Source: an uncultured Selenomonas sp. (lineage in GTDB: Bacteria; Bacillota; Negativicutes; Selenomonadales; Selenomonadaceae). From it: a DNA stretch of 64,000 bases. The notes under the pieces were generated by a model, which was not told the origin of the DNA, searched no databases, and worked only from the letters and a program-made list of their open reading frames with translations. Of the stretch, positions 33,695 through 47,250 are shown piece by piece. The stretch spans positions 658,445 through 722,444 of the forward strand of contig CAKAFE010000001.1 in the NCBI GenBank assembly GCA_916438625.1. The letters run 5' to 3'. Every line of letters starts with the position of its first letter. The first letter of the stretch is position 1. The translations under genes and the position numbers were made by a program.

Positions 33695-34022
33695 AACGAT
33701 CTCCTCCTCGGAAGCGGGTCAGCCAACTGCGGGGAAATATTCACCCAACGTGCAGGAGCAGGGCTGAGTGATTCCTTGAGAAAAGGTTCTTTATGGAGTA
33801 TGTATAGTGTTTTTTTTCAGTATATCACTATTGCAAAAATGTTGCAACTGAAATAATTCAAGAGGAGACGAAAATCTCCTGCGGAGGGACTTCGTTCCTC
33901 GCGCGTCCGATGGAGACGCTTTTTGCTGCATGGGAATCCGCAAGGTTTTGTCTCTGCTTCCCTTGCGCATGAGGAAGGATTTATTCTATAATAAGGAAAG
34001 CATGTGTGAAACGGCACCATGA

Positions 34023-36002
<1,980 letters not shown>

Positions 36003-36003
<1 letters not shown>

Positions 36004-36773
36004 TGGAGCTGATCGACACGCATGCGCATCTTGACGGCGAGAAGTTTGATGCGGACAGGGAAGAGGTCATCGCGCGTGCCCGCGCGAATGGCGTCGTGAA
36101 GATCATCACGATGGGGGACAACCTCGCTTCCTCGGCGCGCAGCGTCGCGCTCGCCGAAGGATTCGAGCCGGTCTACGCCGCGGTCGGCATCCATCCGGAA
36201 GAAGCGCAGCCGATGACGTCTGCCGACGACGATCGGCTCGCCGCGTGGGCAGCGCAGGAGAAGGTCGTCGCCATCGGCGAGATCGGCCTCGACTACTACT
36301 GGGAGAAGGACGAGGAGAAGCGCGCGCTGCAGCGCACGATCTTCGTGCGCCAGCTCGACCTCGCGCGCCAGCTCGATCTGCCCGTCTGCATCCACGACCG
36401 CGAGGCGCACGGCGACATGCTGAAGCTTCTCAAGACGGAGGGGCGGGGGATGCGCGGCGTGCTGCACTGCTATTCGGGCAGCTGGGAGATGGCGGCGGAG
36501 CTTCTGAAGGGTGACTGGTACTTCGGCATCGACGGCCCTTTGACGTACAAGAACGCCGCGAAACTGCCCGAGATCGTGCAGCGCCTGCCGGCGGAGCGGA
36601 TTCTCGTGGAGACGGATTCTCCCTACCTTTCGCCCATGCCGTTTCGCGGCAAGCGCAACGAGCCTGCCCATGTGCTCCATGTGGCGGAGAAGGCGGCGGA
36701 GTTTCGCGGCGAGAGCCTCGAAGTTTTTGCGCGGGCGACGCGCCAAAATACGCGCGATCTGTACGGAATTTGA
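36003..36773 (+). CDS. TatD-family nuclease
   Basis: DTHAH, GIHP, GEIGLDY, HCYSG, ETDSPY. Confidence 0.93.
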
Positions 36774-36794
36774 ATGAAGATTTGCACGGAACAA

Positions 36795-36840
36795 AGAAGT
36801 GGTGAACGCCCGTCACAAAAGGGCATTCACCGCTTCTTTG
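36795..36840 (+). terminator. Terminator after tatD
   Basis: gaagtggtgaacgccc / gggcattcaccgcttc then ttt. Confidence 0.6.
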
Positions 36841-36883
36841 TTCCCTAAATATGGTGGTTGATTCAAGATGAGTGGAGCATATA

Positions 36884-36912
36884 TTGACAAGGGGGGAAAA
36901 AGGTGCTAGAAT
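36884..36912 (+). promoter_or_regulatory. Sigma-A-type promoter
   Basis: TTGACA-17-TAGAAT with extended TG. Confidence 0.75.
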
Positions 36913-36946
36913 ATGCCTGTCGTTAGGATTTCTAAGGGGGGATTGA

Positions 36947-37708
36947 ATGACTTTAAGGAAACTAGCACTTTGCGTGGTGCTGATCCTCGGAGTTGTATTC
37001 ACGACAGGTTTTACGGACGCGATGCGCACTGTGAGCATCGACGTCGACGGCAAGACTTTGGAGGTAAGCACCAGATACTCGAGCCCGGAGCTGATCTTGC
37101 ATCAGGCAGGCGTCGAGATTAGGCACAAGGATGAGTTTCAGTTAAAGAAATCGGAAAAAGAAGAGAAAATTATTGTGCAGCGTGCCGTGCCGGTCGTCAT
37201 TGAATTCGAAGGCGACAGGCAGAAGGTTTATACGACCCGCAGCAACGTGGGCGAAGTGCTCAGGGACTACGGATACGTCGGCGACCGCTTTTCGGCGGAG
37301 CTTGACGGGGCAACACGACTTGAAAAGAATCTCAACATTAAGATACACGATTTGGTCGCAGAAAAGGAAAGAGAAGAAGCAGCGAGACGTGCCCAGTCTG
37401 TAGAAACATCGCGCGGCGCTATGCGCTATGTGCGTGAGTACGATATGGAAGCGACGGCGTACTTGCCGACCGATGGTGACGGCAATGGCATCACGGCTTC
37501 CGGTATGCTCGCAGAGCGGGGCGTCGTAGCCGTGGATACGGACGTGATTCCTTTGGGAACGCGCCTCTACATCCCGGGCTACGGTGTGGCCATCGCAGGG
37601 GACACGGGCGGCGCCATCAATGGCGAGCGCATCGACCTGTGTATGGAATCCTACGGTGAGGCGATGGAATTCGGCCGCCGTTGGGTCAAGGTGTATGTCT
37701 TGGAATAA
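36947..37708 (+). CDS. YabE-like protein with DUF348-like repeats and 3D domain
   Basis: MEATAY, VAVDTDVIPLGT, AGDTGGAI, RIDL; follows tatD as in Bacillus. Confidence 0.88.
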   Translation: MTLRKLALCVVLILGVVFTTGFTDAMRTVSIDVDGKTLEVSTRYSSPELILHQAGVEIRHKDEFQLKKSEKEEKIIVQRAVPVVIEFEGDRQKVYTTRSNVGEVLRDYGYVGDRFSAELDGATRLEKNLNIKIHDLVAEKEREEAARRAQSVETSRGAMRYVREYDMEATAYLPTDGDGNGITASGMLAERGVVAVDTDVIPLGTRLYIPGYGVAIAGDTGGAINGERIDLCMESYGEAMEFGRRWVKVYVLE

Positions 37709-37715
37709 CGACATA

Positions 37716-37760
37716 GAAAAAGAGGACGGTTGTGAAAGCGACCGTCCTCTTTTCGTTTTT
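37716..37760. terminator. Bidirectional terminator
   Basis: aaaagaggacggt / accgtcctctttt between convergent genes. Confidence 0.8.
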
Positions 37761-37804
37761 CGTCGTCATGTCGCCATGCGCCTTCGCGGCGGTTTTCTGC
37801 GCCG

Positions 37805-38221
37805 TCAGATCTTATCGATGTACGGCTCTTCATGGAAGGCCTCGGCATGCTGTATGAGACCCTTGAGCCGCTCGATGTTCTTCTTGTGCAGCACGATGGC
37901 GAACTCGATGCGCGTCTTCTCCTCCTCGGTGAAATCGCCCTCGGCGTGCGCCTTCTCGATGCGCGCCAACCGTTCCTCGACGTCAGCCAGCTCGTCGGCG
38001 AGGAGCTTCTTGTCGTGCATGGCGAGACCGTAGACGGAGCGCAGCCCCTGGCGCACCTCGTGGGCATAGCCCGCCTCGTGCGTGACGGCTTCCAGCTCCT
38101 TGGCGATCTCGTAGATGATGTCGTAGGGGCTTTCGGCGCTGTTGATCATGCCGAGCATCTTCATCTTGATGTTCTCGAAGAGCGTGTAGTCGATGTTTTC
38201 ATGATGGATTTCTTCTGTCAT
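37805..38221 (-). CDS. Hypothetical acidic helical protein (138 aa)
   Basis: Clean ORF, RBS-like gagg, host-like codon usage. Confidence 0.7.
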   Translation of the reverse strand: MTEEIHHENIDYTLFENIKMKMLGMINSAESPYDIIYEIAKELEAVTHEAGYAHEVRQGLRSVYGLAMHDKKLLADELADVEERLARIEKAHAEGDFTEEEKTRIEFAIVLHKKNIERLKGLIQHAEAFHEEPYIDKI

Positions 38222-38275
38222 GTGTGCCTCGCTTTCCGTTGATGCCTTTTCTTCAGTATAGCATTTTCCTGAAAG

Positions 38276-38304
38276 TTTACAAGGCGTGATGCGCGGTCTA
38301 TAAT
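38276..38304 (+). promoter_or_regulatory. Sigma-A-type promoter of permease
   Basis: TTTACA-17-TATAAT. Confidence 0.65.
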
Positions 38305-38337
38305 GGTAGGAGTAATTTTTCGAGGTGATGTCATATT

Positions 38338-39681
38338 ATGAAAAATCAAAAAGAAATGCAGCGCGGCTTGAAGAATCGCCACCTGCAGATGATCGCGCTC
38401 GGCGGCGCCATCGGCACGGGGCTCTTCTACGGCTCGGCCTCGACGATCAAGCTCGCGGGGCCTTCCGTCATGCTCGCCTATCTGACGGGCGGCGTCGTCA
38501 TCTTCCTCATCATGCGGATGCTCGGCGAGATGGCGGTCGAAGAGCCGGTGTCCGGCTCCTTCAGCCACTACGCCGCGAAGTATTGGGGCGCGTTTCCGGG
38601 CTTCCTCTCGGGCTGGAACTACTGGTTCAATTACGTCATCGTCAGCATGGCGGAGCTTTCCGTCATCGGCATCTACATGAACTACTGGCTGCCCGATTTG
38701 CCGCAGTGGCTCTCCGCGCTCGTGGTCCTCGCCTTCATCACGGCGCTGAATCTCGTCGCCGTCAAGGCGTATGGCGAGATGGAATTCTGGCTCGCGATCG
38801 TCAAGGTCGCCGCCATCGTCTTGATGATCGCCTTGGGGCTTTACCTCATCTTTTCACGCCCTGGGTCGTTTCCGGTGAATTTCAGCAGCCTTTGGGCGCA
38901 CGGCGGCTTCTTTCCCAACGGCGTGTGGGGCATGATGCTCTCCATCAGCGTCGTCATGTTTTCCTTCGGCGGCATCGAGCTCATCGGCATCACGGCGGGG
39001 AAGCCGCCGACCCGCCGTTCGATTCCCCGCGCCATCAATCAGGTCATCTGGCGCATCCTCATCTTCTACGTCGGCGCCATGGCGGTGCTCATGGCGCTCT
39101 GGCCGTGGGATGAGGTCGGCATGGAGGCCAGCCCCTTCGTGCAGATCTTCTCGAACGTCGGCATCCCTGCCGCCGCGCATATCCTGAATTTCGTCGTCCT
39201 GACCGCTGCCATATCCGTCTACAATTCGGCAATCTACAGCAATTCGCGCATGCTCTACGGACTGGCTGTGGGCGGCGATGCGCCGAAGAGCCTCAAGAAT
39301 CTGTCGCAGCGGGGTGTGCCCGTCGTCGGCATCCTCATTTCCTCGGGCGTGACGCTCCTCGCGGTGCTGCTGAACTACTTGTTCCCAGGGCGAGTCTTCA
39401 TGCTGTTTCTTTCGATCGCCATGGCCTCTGTCATCATCAGCTGGGGCACGATCATCATCACGCATCTGAAGTTCCGCCGTCTCTATGAGCAGGAAGGCCG
39501 CAGGGCGCGATTCTGTGCGCCGCTCTTTCCCGTCGCCAACTATATCTGCCTCGCGTTCCTCGTCATGATGTACCTCCTGATGACGCAGATTCCCGACATG
39601 CAGTTCGCTGTGGCCGTCCTGCCTGTCTGGCTCTTGGCGCTGTGGCTCGGCTATCGCAGGAAGGTGCGTGGCGGAGAATAG
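38338..39681 (+). CDS. APC-superfamily amino acid permease (AroP/ProY-like)
   Basis: RGLKNRHLQMIALGGAIGTGLF, YGEMEFW, FSFGGIE. Confidence 0.92.
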   Translation: MKNQKEMQRGLKNRHLQMIALGGAIGTGLFYGSASTIKLAGPSVMLAYLTGGVVIFLIMRMLGEMAVEEPVSGSFSHYAAKYWGAFPGFLSGWNYWFNYVIVSMAELSVIGIYMNYWLPDLPQWLSALVVLAFITALNLVAVKAYGEMEFWLAIVKVAAIVLMIALGLYLIFSRPGSFPVNFSSLWAHGGFFPNGVWGMMLSISVVMFSFGGIELIGITAGKPPTRRSIPRAINQVIWRILIFYVGAMAVLMALWPWDEVGMEASPFVQIFSNVGIPAAAHILNFVVLTAAISVYNSAIYSNSRMLYGLAVGGDAPKSLKNLSQRGVPVVGILISSGVTLLAVLLNYLFPGRVFMLFLSIAMASVIISWGTIIITHLKFRRLYEQEGRRARFCAPLFPVANYICLAFLVMMYLLMTQIPDMQFAVAVLPVWLLALWLGYRRKVRGGE

Positions 39682-39792
39682 AAGATTGTTTTTTGTCGTG
39701 TTTTTATGATATGATGAGGAAGATCGTATGTACAAGTGTCCTGCGGACGGACATCGTGCGCTGCCTTTCTATGGAACAGCAGGGAGAGAAAT

Positions 39793-42700
39793 ATGAACCA
39801 TAAGACGAGCATCATCATTTTGAGCTTCAACACGCTGGAGCTGCTGCAGCTCTGCATTGCGAGCGTGCGCGAGCATACGGAGGCGGGGACGTATGAGATC
39901 ATCGTCGTCGACAATGCCTCCAAGGATGGTTCTGCCGAGTGGCTGAAAGAAGAGAAGGGGCTCATCTGCATCTGCAACGAGGAGAACGTGGGCTTCCCCA
40001 AGGGCTGCAATCAGGGGTTGGAAGTGGCGACGGGCACGGAACTGCTGCTCTTGAACAGCGATGTCATCGTCACGAAGAACTGGCTCAGGAATCTTCGCCG
40101 CGCTCTTTACAGCAGTCCGAAGGTTGGCGCCGTGAGCTGCGTCGCGAACCACTGCCCGCATCATCAGGCGGTCACAGTGTCCTACGGAAGTCTTGAGGAT
40201 ATGCAGGCTTTCGCCGCCGCATACAACGAGTCGGATCCCGCCCGTTGGGAAAAGCGGACGACGCTCGTCGGCTTCTGCTATCTTTTCAAGCGCGAGGTGC
40301 TGGAGGAGATCGGCTTCCTCGACACGCGCTTCAGTCCCGGCAATTATGAGGACGACGACTATTCGCTGCGCATCCTGCAGGCAGGCTATGATCTGCTCCT
40401 TTGCCGGGACACGTTCATCCACCACTTCGGCAGTGCGTCGTTCCGGAAAGACCTCTCTGCAGGAAGCGACGACGCCGAAGCGGCAAAGCGATACAATGCG
40501 CTCCTGGACAGGGAATGGGAAGCTGTTTGAAGAAAAGTGGCATGTGCCGCGAGATTGCTGGTCGATGTCGCCGGAAGAGCTGCTGCCCTATCTGGAGCGG
40601 CGCGAGAGCGAAGCGGGGACGGATCTTGCCGTGCAGAAGATCGCCGTCCTCGTGCGCAGGACGCACGAGGCACGCTTCAGGCTCTGCGTAGAATCCTTGC
40701 AGAGCGCGAGACTGCCGGCAGGGTATGCATGGGAGATCTTCCCCCTTGCCGCCGACCGTCCCTATGCGATCCGAGTCAATGAAGTCCTTGCCCGCACGGA
40801 GGCGAAGATCAAGATCTTCATCAACGATGAGGTCTGCCTGACTTCGCCGCTGGCGGTCGGACAGCTGCTGGAAATCTTCCGGACGGAAGAGATCGGCATG
40901 GTCGGCTTCCGGGCAGCCTCTCGCTTCCCGTGAGCGGCAACATCCGGAAGCGCCCGATCTGCGGGCAGCGTACACATGCCGATGGAGGGCGGCCTTGAGG
41001 AGATACGCTACGGCAAGGCAGATGACCATGCGCTCACGGTGGATGCGCGTCTCCTTTGCCCGTCCTTCTTCGCGACGCAGATCGACCTTCCACAGGGCGC
41101 AAGAGTACGACGGGCAGTATTATGCTGTTCTCGCGCACTGCCGCGCCATGGAAGAGCAAGGGAAGAGGACGGTCGTGCCTCTGCCGCGCGAAATCTGGTG
41201 CGCCTATCAGATGGGGAATATTTCCTTCGACGCCGCTGAAAGGATCGCAGCCGCTTCTTCGCCGAGCGTCATGCGTATATGGCAGGCGATGCGCCGCGCA
41301 GGGCGCGGCTTGCCCTTTATGCCTGCGGTTCAGGCTCATCCGTCGAAGGGTGGCAGGATTTCGCCCATCCCGAGGGAATCGCTGTCGGCAGCCGCACGAA
41401 GATCCATAGGACGGCGCTGTGCCGCCTGCTTGCGGACGATTTTTCGGGCGAGCCGCGCATCGTCATCGGCGATGACTGCGCGATCGATGCCTATTCCACG
41501 CTCACCGCGAGCGGGCGCATCGTTTTGGAAAACCTCGTGACGCTGGGCGTGAACGTTCAGATCAAGGATCATGCTTATGCGGAAGAAGAGCTCGGGCTCT
41601 CTGCCGAAGACCGCACGCTTCTGAGCGAGGAGCGCGGCATCCATATCGGCTGTGCGGCGCAGATCGGCGCGAATGTCGTCATCGAAGGAGCGGTGCAGAT
41701 CGGCTGCGCAGCGCATGTGCGGCCGGGAAGCGTCGTGAAGAGCGACCTTCCGGCTTACTGCATCGCCGAGGGGAATCCCGCGCGCGCCGTCAAGGCGTTC
41801 TCGCCGCGCACGGGGACGTGGCTTGACACGCCCGACGAAGCGGCGCTTCTTGCTTTGCTGGAAGAGCGCAGGAAGACGGGACCGCTTCTCAGCTATGCCT
41901 TCATCACCTACAACCGCAGCCGATACCTGAAGAAGTCCCTCAAGAGCGTGCTGCAGCAGGCCGGGAACGATCCGCTCGTCGAGGTTCTCGTCTGCGACAA
42001 CGCCTCGACGGACGACACGAAGGCTCTCGTGCAGAAGCAGCAGGAGCAGTACAAGAACCTGCGCTATCACTGCAACGAGGAGAATATCGGCGCGGAGGGG
42101 GAACACCCATCAGGCGATCCGGCAGAGCCGCGGCGAGTACGTCCTCGTCGCCGGCGATGACGACTACCTTTTGGACGGCGCGTTGCGCGTCCTGCTTGAC
42201 AACATCCGCAAGTACCGGGGGGCAGCGCTTTTCCATCTGCAGAAGGAAGATGTGCCGCGCCGCGTGTATAAGGATGCGGGAATCGTTCCTTATATTGCCT
42301 ATGTCGGCTATCGTATGACATGGATCGGCGGCGCCGTTTTCCGTCGGGAACTGTACGCAGGTATCGAGGAACCGCAGAAGTATGATTATACGAGCTTGCC
42401 GCAGGTTTATCTGCAGTTGGAGGTGCTGCGGAAAAATCCGGAGTTTGTCATACTCTATGGCATGTTTCTCACGGAGGGGACAGGGGAGCGTACTCCCTCG
42501 GGCTTCAATTTTGCAGAGACCTTCATCAAGAACTATCTCGATCTCTTGCAGACAGCGCCCGAAATCCCGCCCTACTTGCTGTCTGATGAGAAGAAACGCC
42601 TGATGGATGAGCTGATTTATGATTGTTTGTGGAAGATCGTGCACTATCAGCATGACCTTTCCTTGGATGGGATCTTCGACATCGTGCGCGAGTATTATGG

Positions 42701-42827
42701 CGAGGAGCCGTATTATGAAGAAGTCGTGGCGGAGATCCGGAGGATCCTGCAGACGGCGGACGCTGCGGGAAGCGGAAGTCACAGCGGCCGCATACTGGCC
42801 AGCGGAGAAGGAGATGTCATCGCATGA
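39793..42827 (+). CDS. Modular glycosyltransferase 1: GT2, GT-A-like, hexapeptide acyltransferase-like, GT2 (many frameshifts)
   Basis: VVDNASKDGS, LLLNSD, EDDDY; EGNPARAVK; ITYNRS, CDNASTD, GDDDY. Confidence 0.8.
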
Positions 42828-44974
42828 AGAAGGGCAAGAGATTCGCATTCTTTGTACGTAAGTCGGACGAAGCGCGCTACAGAGCCTGCCTGGACTCGCT
42901 GCAGGCGCTCCGCCTGCCTGGAGGATATGAGGCGGAGCTTTTCACGCTGATGGCGAAAGAGCCGTATGCCGTGCAGGCGAACAAGGCATTGACGCTTTCT
43001 GATGCCAAGTACAAGATTTATCTCAACGATGACATGCGCCTCGTGCATTCCGACCTGCTGGCAGAGCTTCTGCAGGTCTTCGCGGATGAAAGCATCGGCA
43101 TGGTCGGCGTTCTCGGCAGTCAGTCGCTGCCTGTGGATGCCAATGTGCTTGGCTCAGACTATAAGCGGGGCGCTGTCTATGTGCCGACGTCGAGGGCGCT
43201 TTCCGAGATGCGCTTCGACGAAGCCTTGGAGGAGATGGTGGCGGATGTCCGTTTCGTCCTGCCGTCGTTCTTTGCAACGCAGACAGATCTTCCTTGGGAT
43301 GAGGTTTATGAAACGCAGTATTACGCCGTGCTGGCACAGTGCCCGGCGTTTGAAGGCGCAGGGCGCAGGATCGTGGCATCCCTGGCGCAGGATATTTGGT
43401 GCGCCTATCAGTCCCGGGACGTCTCTTTCGATGGCGAAGAAGCCGATCATGCGAAGTTTCTTGCAAAGTATCACCCGTATCTGAACCCTGCGGAGCCGGA
43501 GGGAGTACAGGCTTCTCTGTATGCGTGCGGCGAGGGGGCGGAGATTCCTTCGTGGAGAGACTTCCTGCGTCCCGAAGGCATCTCTGTCGGAAGCGGCGTA
43601 CATGTGCATCGGACGGCAAGCTGCGGCCTTGTCGTGCCGAATTTTGCGGGTCGCCCGCGCCTCGTCCTCGGGGATCGCTGCTCGATCGGCGCAGGCAGCA
43701 CGATCATGGCGATGCACGGCATTCGGCTGGAAAACGGCGTGACCGTGGCGGAAAATGTCCATATCAAGGATTATCTCTATGATGAGACAGCGATCGGGCT
43801 TTCTCTCGAAGCGCAGATGATTTCAGCGGAGGGGGGCGGCATCTGCATTGAGCACGGCGTGCGCATCGAGGAAGATGTCCTGGTCAAGGGGTCGGTGCAT
43901 ATCGGCCACGGCAGTCTTGTGCGGGCGGGAAGCGTCGTGCAGAGCGACATTCCTGCTTACTGCATCGCTGAAGGGAATCCCGCGCACGTCGTCCGAGCCT
44001 TTTCACTGCAGGAGAAGGCGTGGCTGCCGGTCGCTGATGTGCAGGAGCTGGCGCGTCTGATGGAGGAGCGGAAGAAGGCAGCGCCGCTCTTGACGTTCGC
44101 GATCATCACGTACAACCGCAGCAAATACCTGAGGCGATCTTTGGATTGCGTGCTGCAGCGGCTGGGCAACGATGACCTAGTGGAAATCCTCGTTTCGGAC
44201 AATGCTTCGACAGATGAGACGAGAAGCGTCGTCCAAGAGCGGCAGGCGGCGTACAAGAATCTGCACTATCGCTGCAATGAGGAGAATGTCGGCGCGGAAG
44301 CGAACATCCATCGGGCTGTGCAGGCCGCCCGAGGTGAATATGTGCTTGTCGCGGGAGACGATGACTATTTCATCGATGGCTCGCTGCCTGCCGTGCTCGG
44401 CAGGATCCTCCAGCACAGAGGCCGGGCGCTCTTCCATCTGAAGAGGGCGCATGAGCCGCATCGGGTATATACGGGGAGCGGCATCGCGGACTATGTGCGC
44501 ATGGTCGGCTATCACATGACGTGGATCACGAGCACCATCATGCGAAGAGACCTGTATGCGCAGATCGAGGAGCCGGAGAAGCATGATGCCACGTGCATTC
44601 CACAGGTATATCTGCAGATGGAGATATTGAAGCAGGAGCCGGATTTCGCCGTCATTGCTGCGCCGTTCATGCGCTTGGGGTCGGGTGAGCATAAGACATC
44701 GGGCATCAACCTCGTCGAGGTGTTCATAAAGAATTACTTCGACCTTCTCGAAGCGGCGGGAGATTCCGCCGGCGGTCTTGTCGGAAGAAAAGAAACGCCT
44801 GATGGAAGAGCTCATATATTTCGAATGCGAGAAGATCGAAGCGCGGCATCAGCGACCTTTCCCTCGGATGGAATCTTCGACATCGTGCGCGAGTATTATG
44901 GCGAGGAGCCGTATTATGAAGAAGTCGTGGCAGAACTCCGAAGGATTCTGCGGACGGCGGATGTTGCGAGATAA
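42824..44974 (+). CDS. Modular glycosyltransferase 2: GT-A-like, hexapeptide acyltransferase-like, GT2
   Basis: AKYKIYLNDD, IGMVGVLGS, AEGNPAHVV, ITYNRS, SDNASTD, AGDDDY. Confidence 0.82.
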   Translation: MKKGKRFAFFVRKSDEARYRACLDSLQALRLPGGYEAELFTLMAKEPYAVQANKALTLSDAKYKIYLNDDMRLVHSDLLAELLQVFADESIGMVGVLGSQSLPVDANVLGSDYKRGAVYVPTSRALSEMRFDEALEEMVADVRFVLPSFFATQTDLPWDEVYETQYYAVLAQCPAFEGAGRRIVASLAQDIWCAYQSRDVSFDGEEADHAKFLAKYHPYLNPAEPEGVQASLYACGEGAEIPSWRDFLRPEGISVGSGVHVHRTASCGLVVPNFAGRPRLVLGDRCSIGAGSTIMAMHGIRLENGVTVAENVHIKDYLYDETAIGLSLEAQMISAEGGGICIEHGVRIEEDVLVKGSVHIGHGSLVRAGSVVQSDIPAYCIAEGNPAHVVRAFSLQEKAWLPVADVQELARLMEERKKAAPLLTFAIITYNRSKYLRRSLDCVLQRLGNDDLVEILVSDNASTDETRSVVQERQAAYKNLHYRCNEENVGAEANIHRAVQAARGEYVLVAGDDDYFIDGSLPAVLGRILQHRGRALFHLKRAHEPHRVYTGSGIADYVRMVGYHMTWITSTIMRRDLYAQIEEPEKHDATCIPQVYLQMEILKQEPDFAVIAAPFMRLGSGEHKTSGINLVEVFIKNYFDLLEAAGDSAGGLVGRKETPDGRAHIFRMREDRSAASATFPSDGIFDIVREYYGEEPYYEEVVAELRRILRTADVAR

Positions 44975-45048
44975 GAAAGATATGGTGACGGGCAACGTTT
45001 CGACGGCTGAGACGAGATCGACTCTTGAGGTCTGCAGGAACCTTCTCT

Positions 45049-45147
45049 GCCATCGAAGGGTTCTTTGACATCCTGCGTGAGCGATATGAGAATGAGCCGT
45101 ACTACGCGCAAGTCGTTTCCATACGGAAGAAGGATATACTGAAGTAA
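45049..45147 (+). pseudogene. Relic C-terminus of a further GT paralogue
   Basis: AIEGFFDILRERYENEPYYAQVV matches SLDGIFDIVREYYGEEPYYEEVV. Confidence 0.7.
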
Positions 45148-45284
45148 GAGGAGTCCTGCTTCGCTGGCAAAAAATGTCGTTGCATGAAGAAAGCCAAGAT
45201 TTTCCTTAAGCGCGGAAAGTGCTTCAACGATAAATGAAAGGCAGAAGCGATGATGATTTCCGTGGTTTGCGTATAGGAGAAGAT

Positions 45285-46363
45285 ATGAAAACGCTTTTTA
45301 TGTGGGGGGCGGGCAATGTCTGCCGCGCCTTTTTGCAGCATCTGAAGAAGAGCCTTCCTGTGCAGGGGATCGTCGACAGCAAGGAGAGTCTGTCGGAGGG
45401 CGAGCTTTGCGGCATACCGATCTATGTGCCTGTGGACGCCGCAGGCGGAAAGGACGCAGCGGGGCTGAGAATTCGGCATGGGGAAGATGAGCGATGCCTC
45501 TCGCCAGAGGATACCGTGTTCGTCATAACGACATACGTCTATTATGTCACGGTGAAAAAACATCTGGAATCCTTGGGGTTTGAAACGATGTTCGTCTATG
45601 ACCTGCGCGAGTATACGGGCGTGGACTGGACTTCCCTGTGCCGCATCCACTGCGATGTTCCGTGGGACAGTGCGCGTGCGAAAGTGCAGGAAGCGCGCGC
45701 CATTTTGGCCGATGAAATGTCCGTGCGGATTTTCGACGCGCTTTTGGAGCGGCGCAGGACGCGCGTCTATGACTGCACGGATCTGAAGAGCGAGCATCTG
45801 CAGTATCTGGAAATGGATCTCATACCTTTCGGGCAGGAGGAGGTCATCATCGACTGCGGCGCTTTCTTGGGCGATGGTCTGCGGCTCTTCCGCGAGAAGT
45901 TGTCCTCGTGGAAGATGTTTCACTGCTTCGAGCCGGATGCGGACAATTTCCACATCCTGCAGCAGAACTGCAAAGGCTATGAGCACACGATGGCGCACTG
46001 CGCGGCCGTCGGAGACTTCGATGGACCGGCGTATTTCTCCCAGGGGCGAATGCTGGCGGCGAACTGCAGAAGGAGGGCGCGCAAGGACAGAAGATCGAGG
46101 TCTGCAGACTGGACTCGCTGGAGCTTCCCGAAGTGACGTACATCACGGCGGATATCGAAGGGTCGGAGATGGCGATGCTCGAAGGCGCACGGCAGACGAT
46201 CGAAAAGCATCGCCCGAAGATGGCGGTCTGCGTATACCACAAGGCGGAGGATCTTTGGGAGATCCCCCTCTGGCTCAAGGCGGCGGATCCCTCGTACAAG
46301 ATCTATCTGCGCCACTACGGGGAAACTTCGGTCGATACGGTCGCCTATGCGCTGCCGTCGTGA
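45285..46363 (+). CDS. FkbM-family methyltransferase (frameshifts ~46050-46080)
   Basis: IDCGAFLGD, CFEPD, DIEGSE, VCVYHKAEDLW, YLRHY. Confidence 0.85.
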
Positions 46364-46415
46364 AGATGTTCGCAAGGCGGGGGGCGACGCAGCCTTTGAG
46401 AAGGAGGATGAGGGT

Positions 46416-47190
46416 TTGAAGACAGTTCTTTTTGGCGGGCGGCCCGGGGACAAGGATCACGGAAGAGTCGGAAAGGCGGCCGAAGCCCATGGTGGAGATC
46501 GGCGGCATGCCGATCCTCTGGCACATCATGAAGGGATACAGCCATTTCGGCTTCAACGAATTTATTATCTGCGCAGGCTACAAGCAGCATATGATCAAGG
46601 AGTGGTTCGCCGACTACTTCCTGCATACGTCCGACATCACGTTCGACTTCACGCAGGAGAACCGCATGATCGTGCACAACCAGCATACGGAGCCGTGGAA
46701 GGTCACGATCGTCGATACGGGACTGGAAACTTTGACGGGCGGCCGCATCGGGCGCATCCGCAAGTACCTGGAGGGCGAGACCTTCATGATGACCTACGGC
46801 GACGGCGTGGCGGACGTCGACATAGGCGAGCTCGTGCGCTTCCACAAGGCGCACGGCAAGATGGCGACCTTGACGGCGATCATGCAGAAGCAGCAGAAGG
46901 GTGTGCTGGACATCGGCTTCGACAACTCCGTGCACGCTTTCCGCGAAAAGGCGATGGAGGACAGTGCGCCGATCAACGCGGGCTACATGGTGCTCGATCC
47001 TGCCGTCTTGGATTTCATCGAAGGGGATGCGACTGTGTTCGAGCAAGGACCGCTGGAGGAGCTGGCGAAGCGGAGCGAGCTCAAGTGCTACCTGCACCGC
47101 GGTTTCTGGCAGTGCATGGACACGCTGCGCGAGAAGATTCTGCTCGAAAGGCTGTGGCAGAGCGGCAGAGCCCCGTGGAAGCTTTGGTGA
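46416..47190 (+). CDS. rfbF: Glucose-1-phosphate cytidylyltransferase
   Basis: GTRITEES..PKPMVEIGG, TGGRI, MTYGDG, FWQCMDTLRE; TTG start, frameshift ~46430. Confidence 0.92.
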
Positions 47191-47250
47191 GGTTGGGGCG
47201 GACATCTTGCGGCACGGAGCGGAAAGAGATCTTGTCGAGGAGAGAGCAGT

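Noticed and set aside
36890..36901. Phase-variable G6/A5 tract in promoter spacer
   Set aside because: Tracts are short, the spacer is optimal, and homopolymers are unreliable in this assembly
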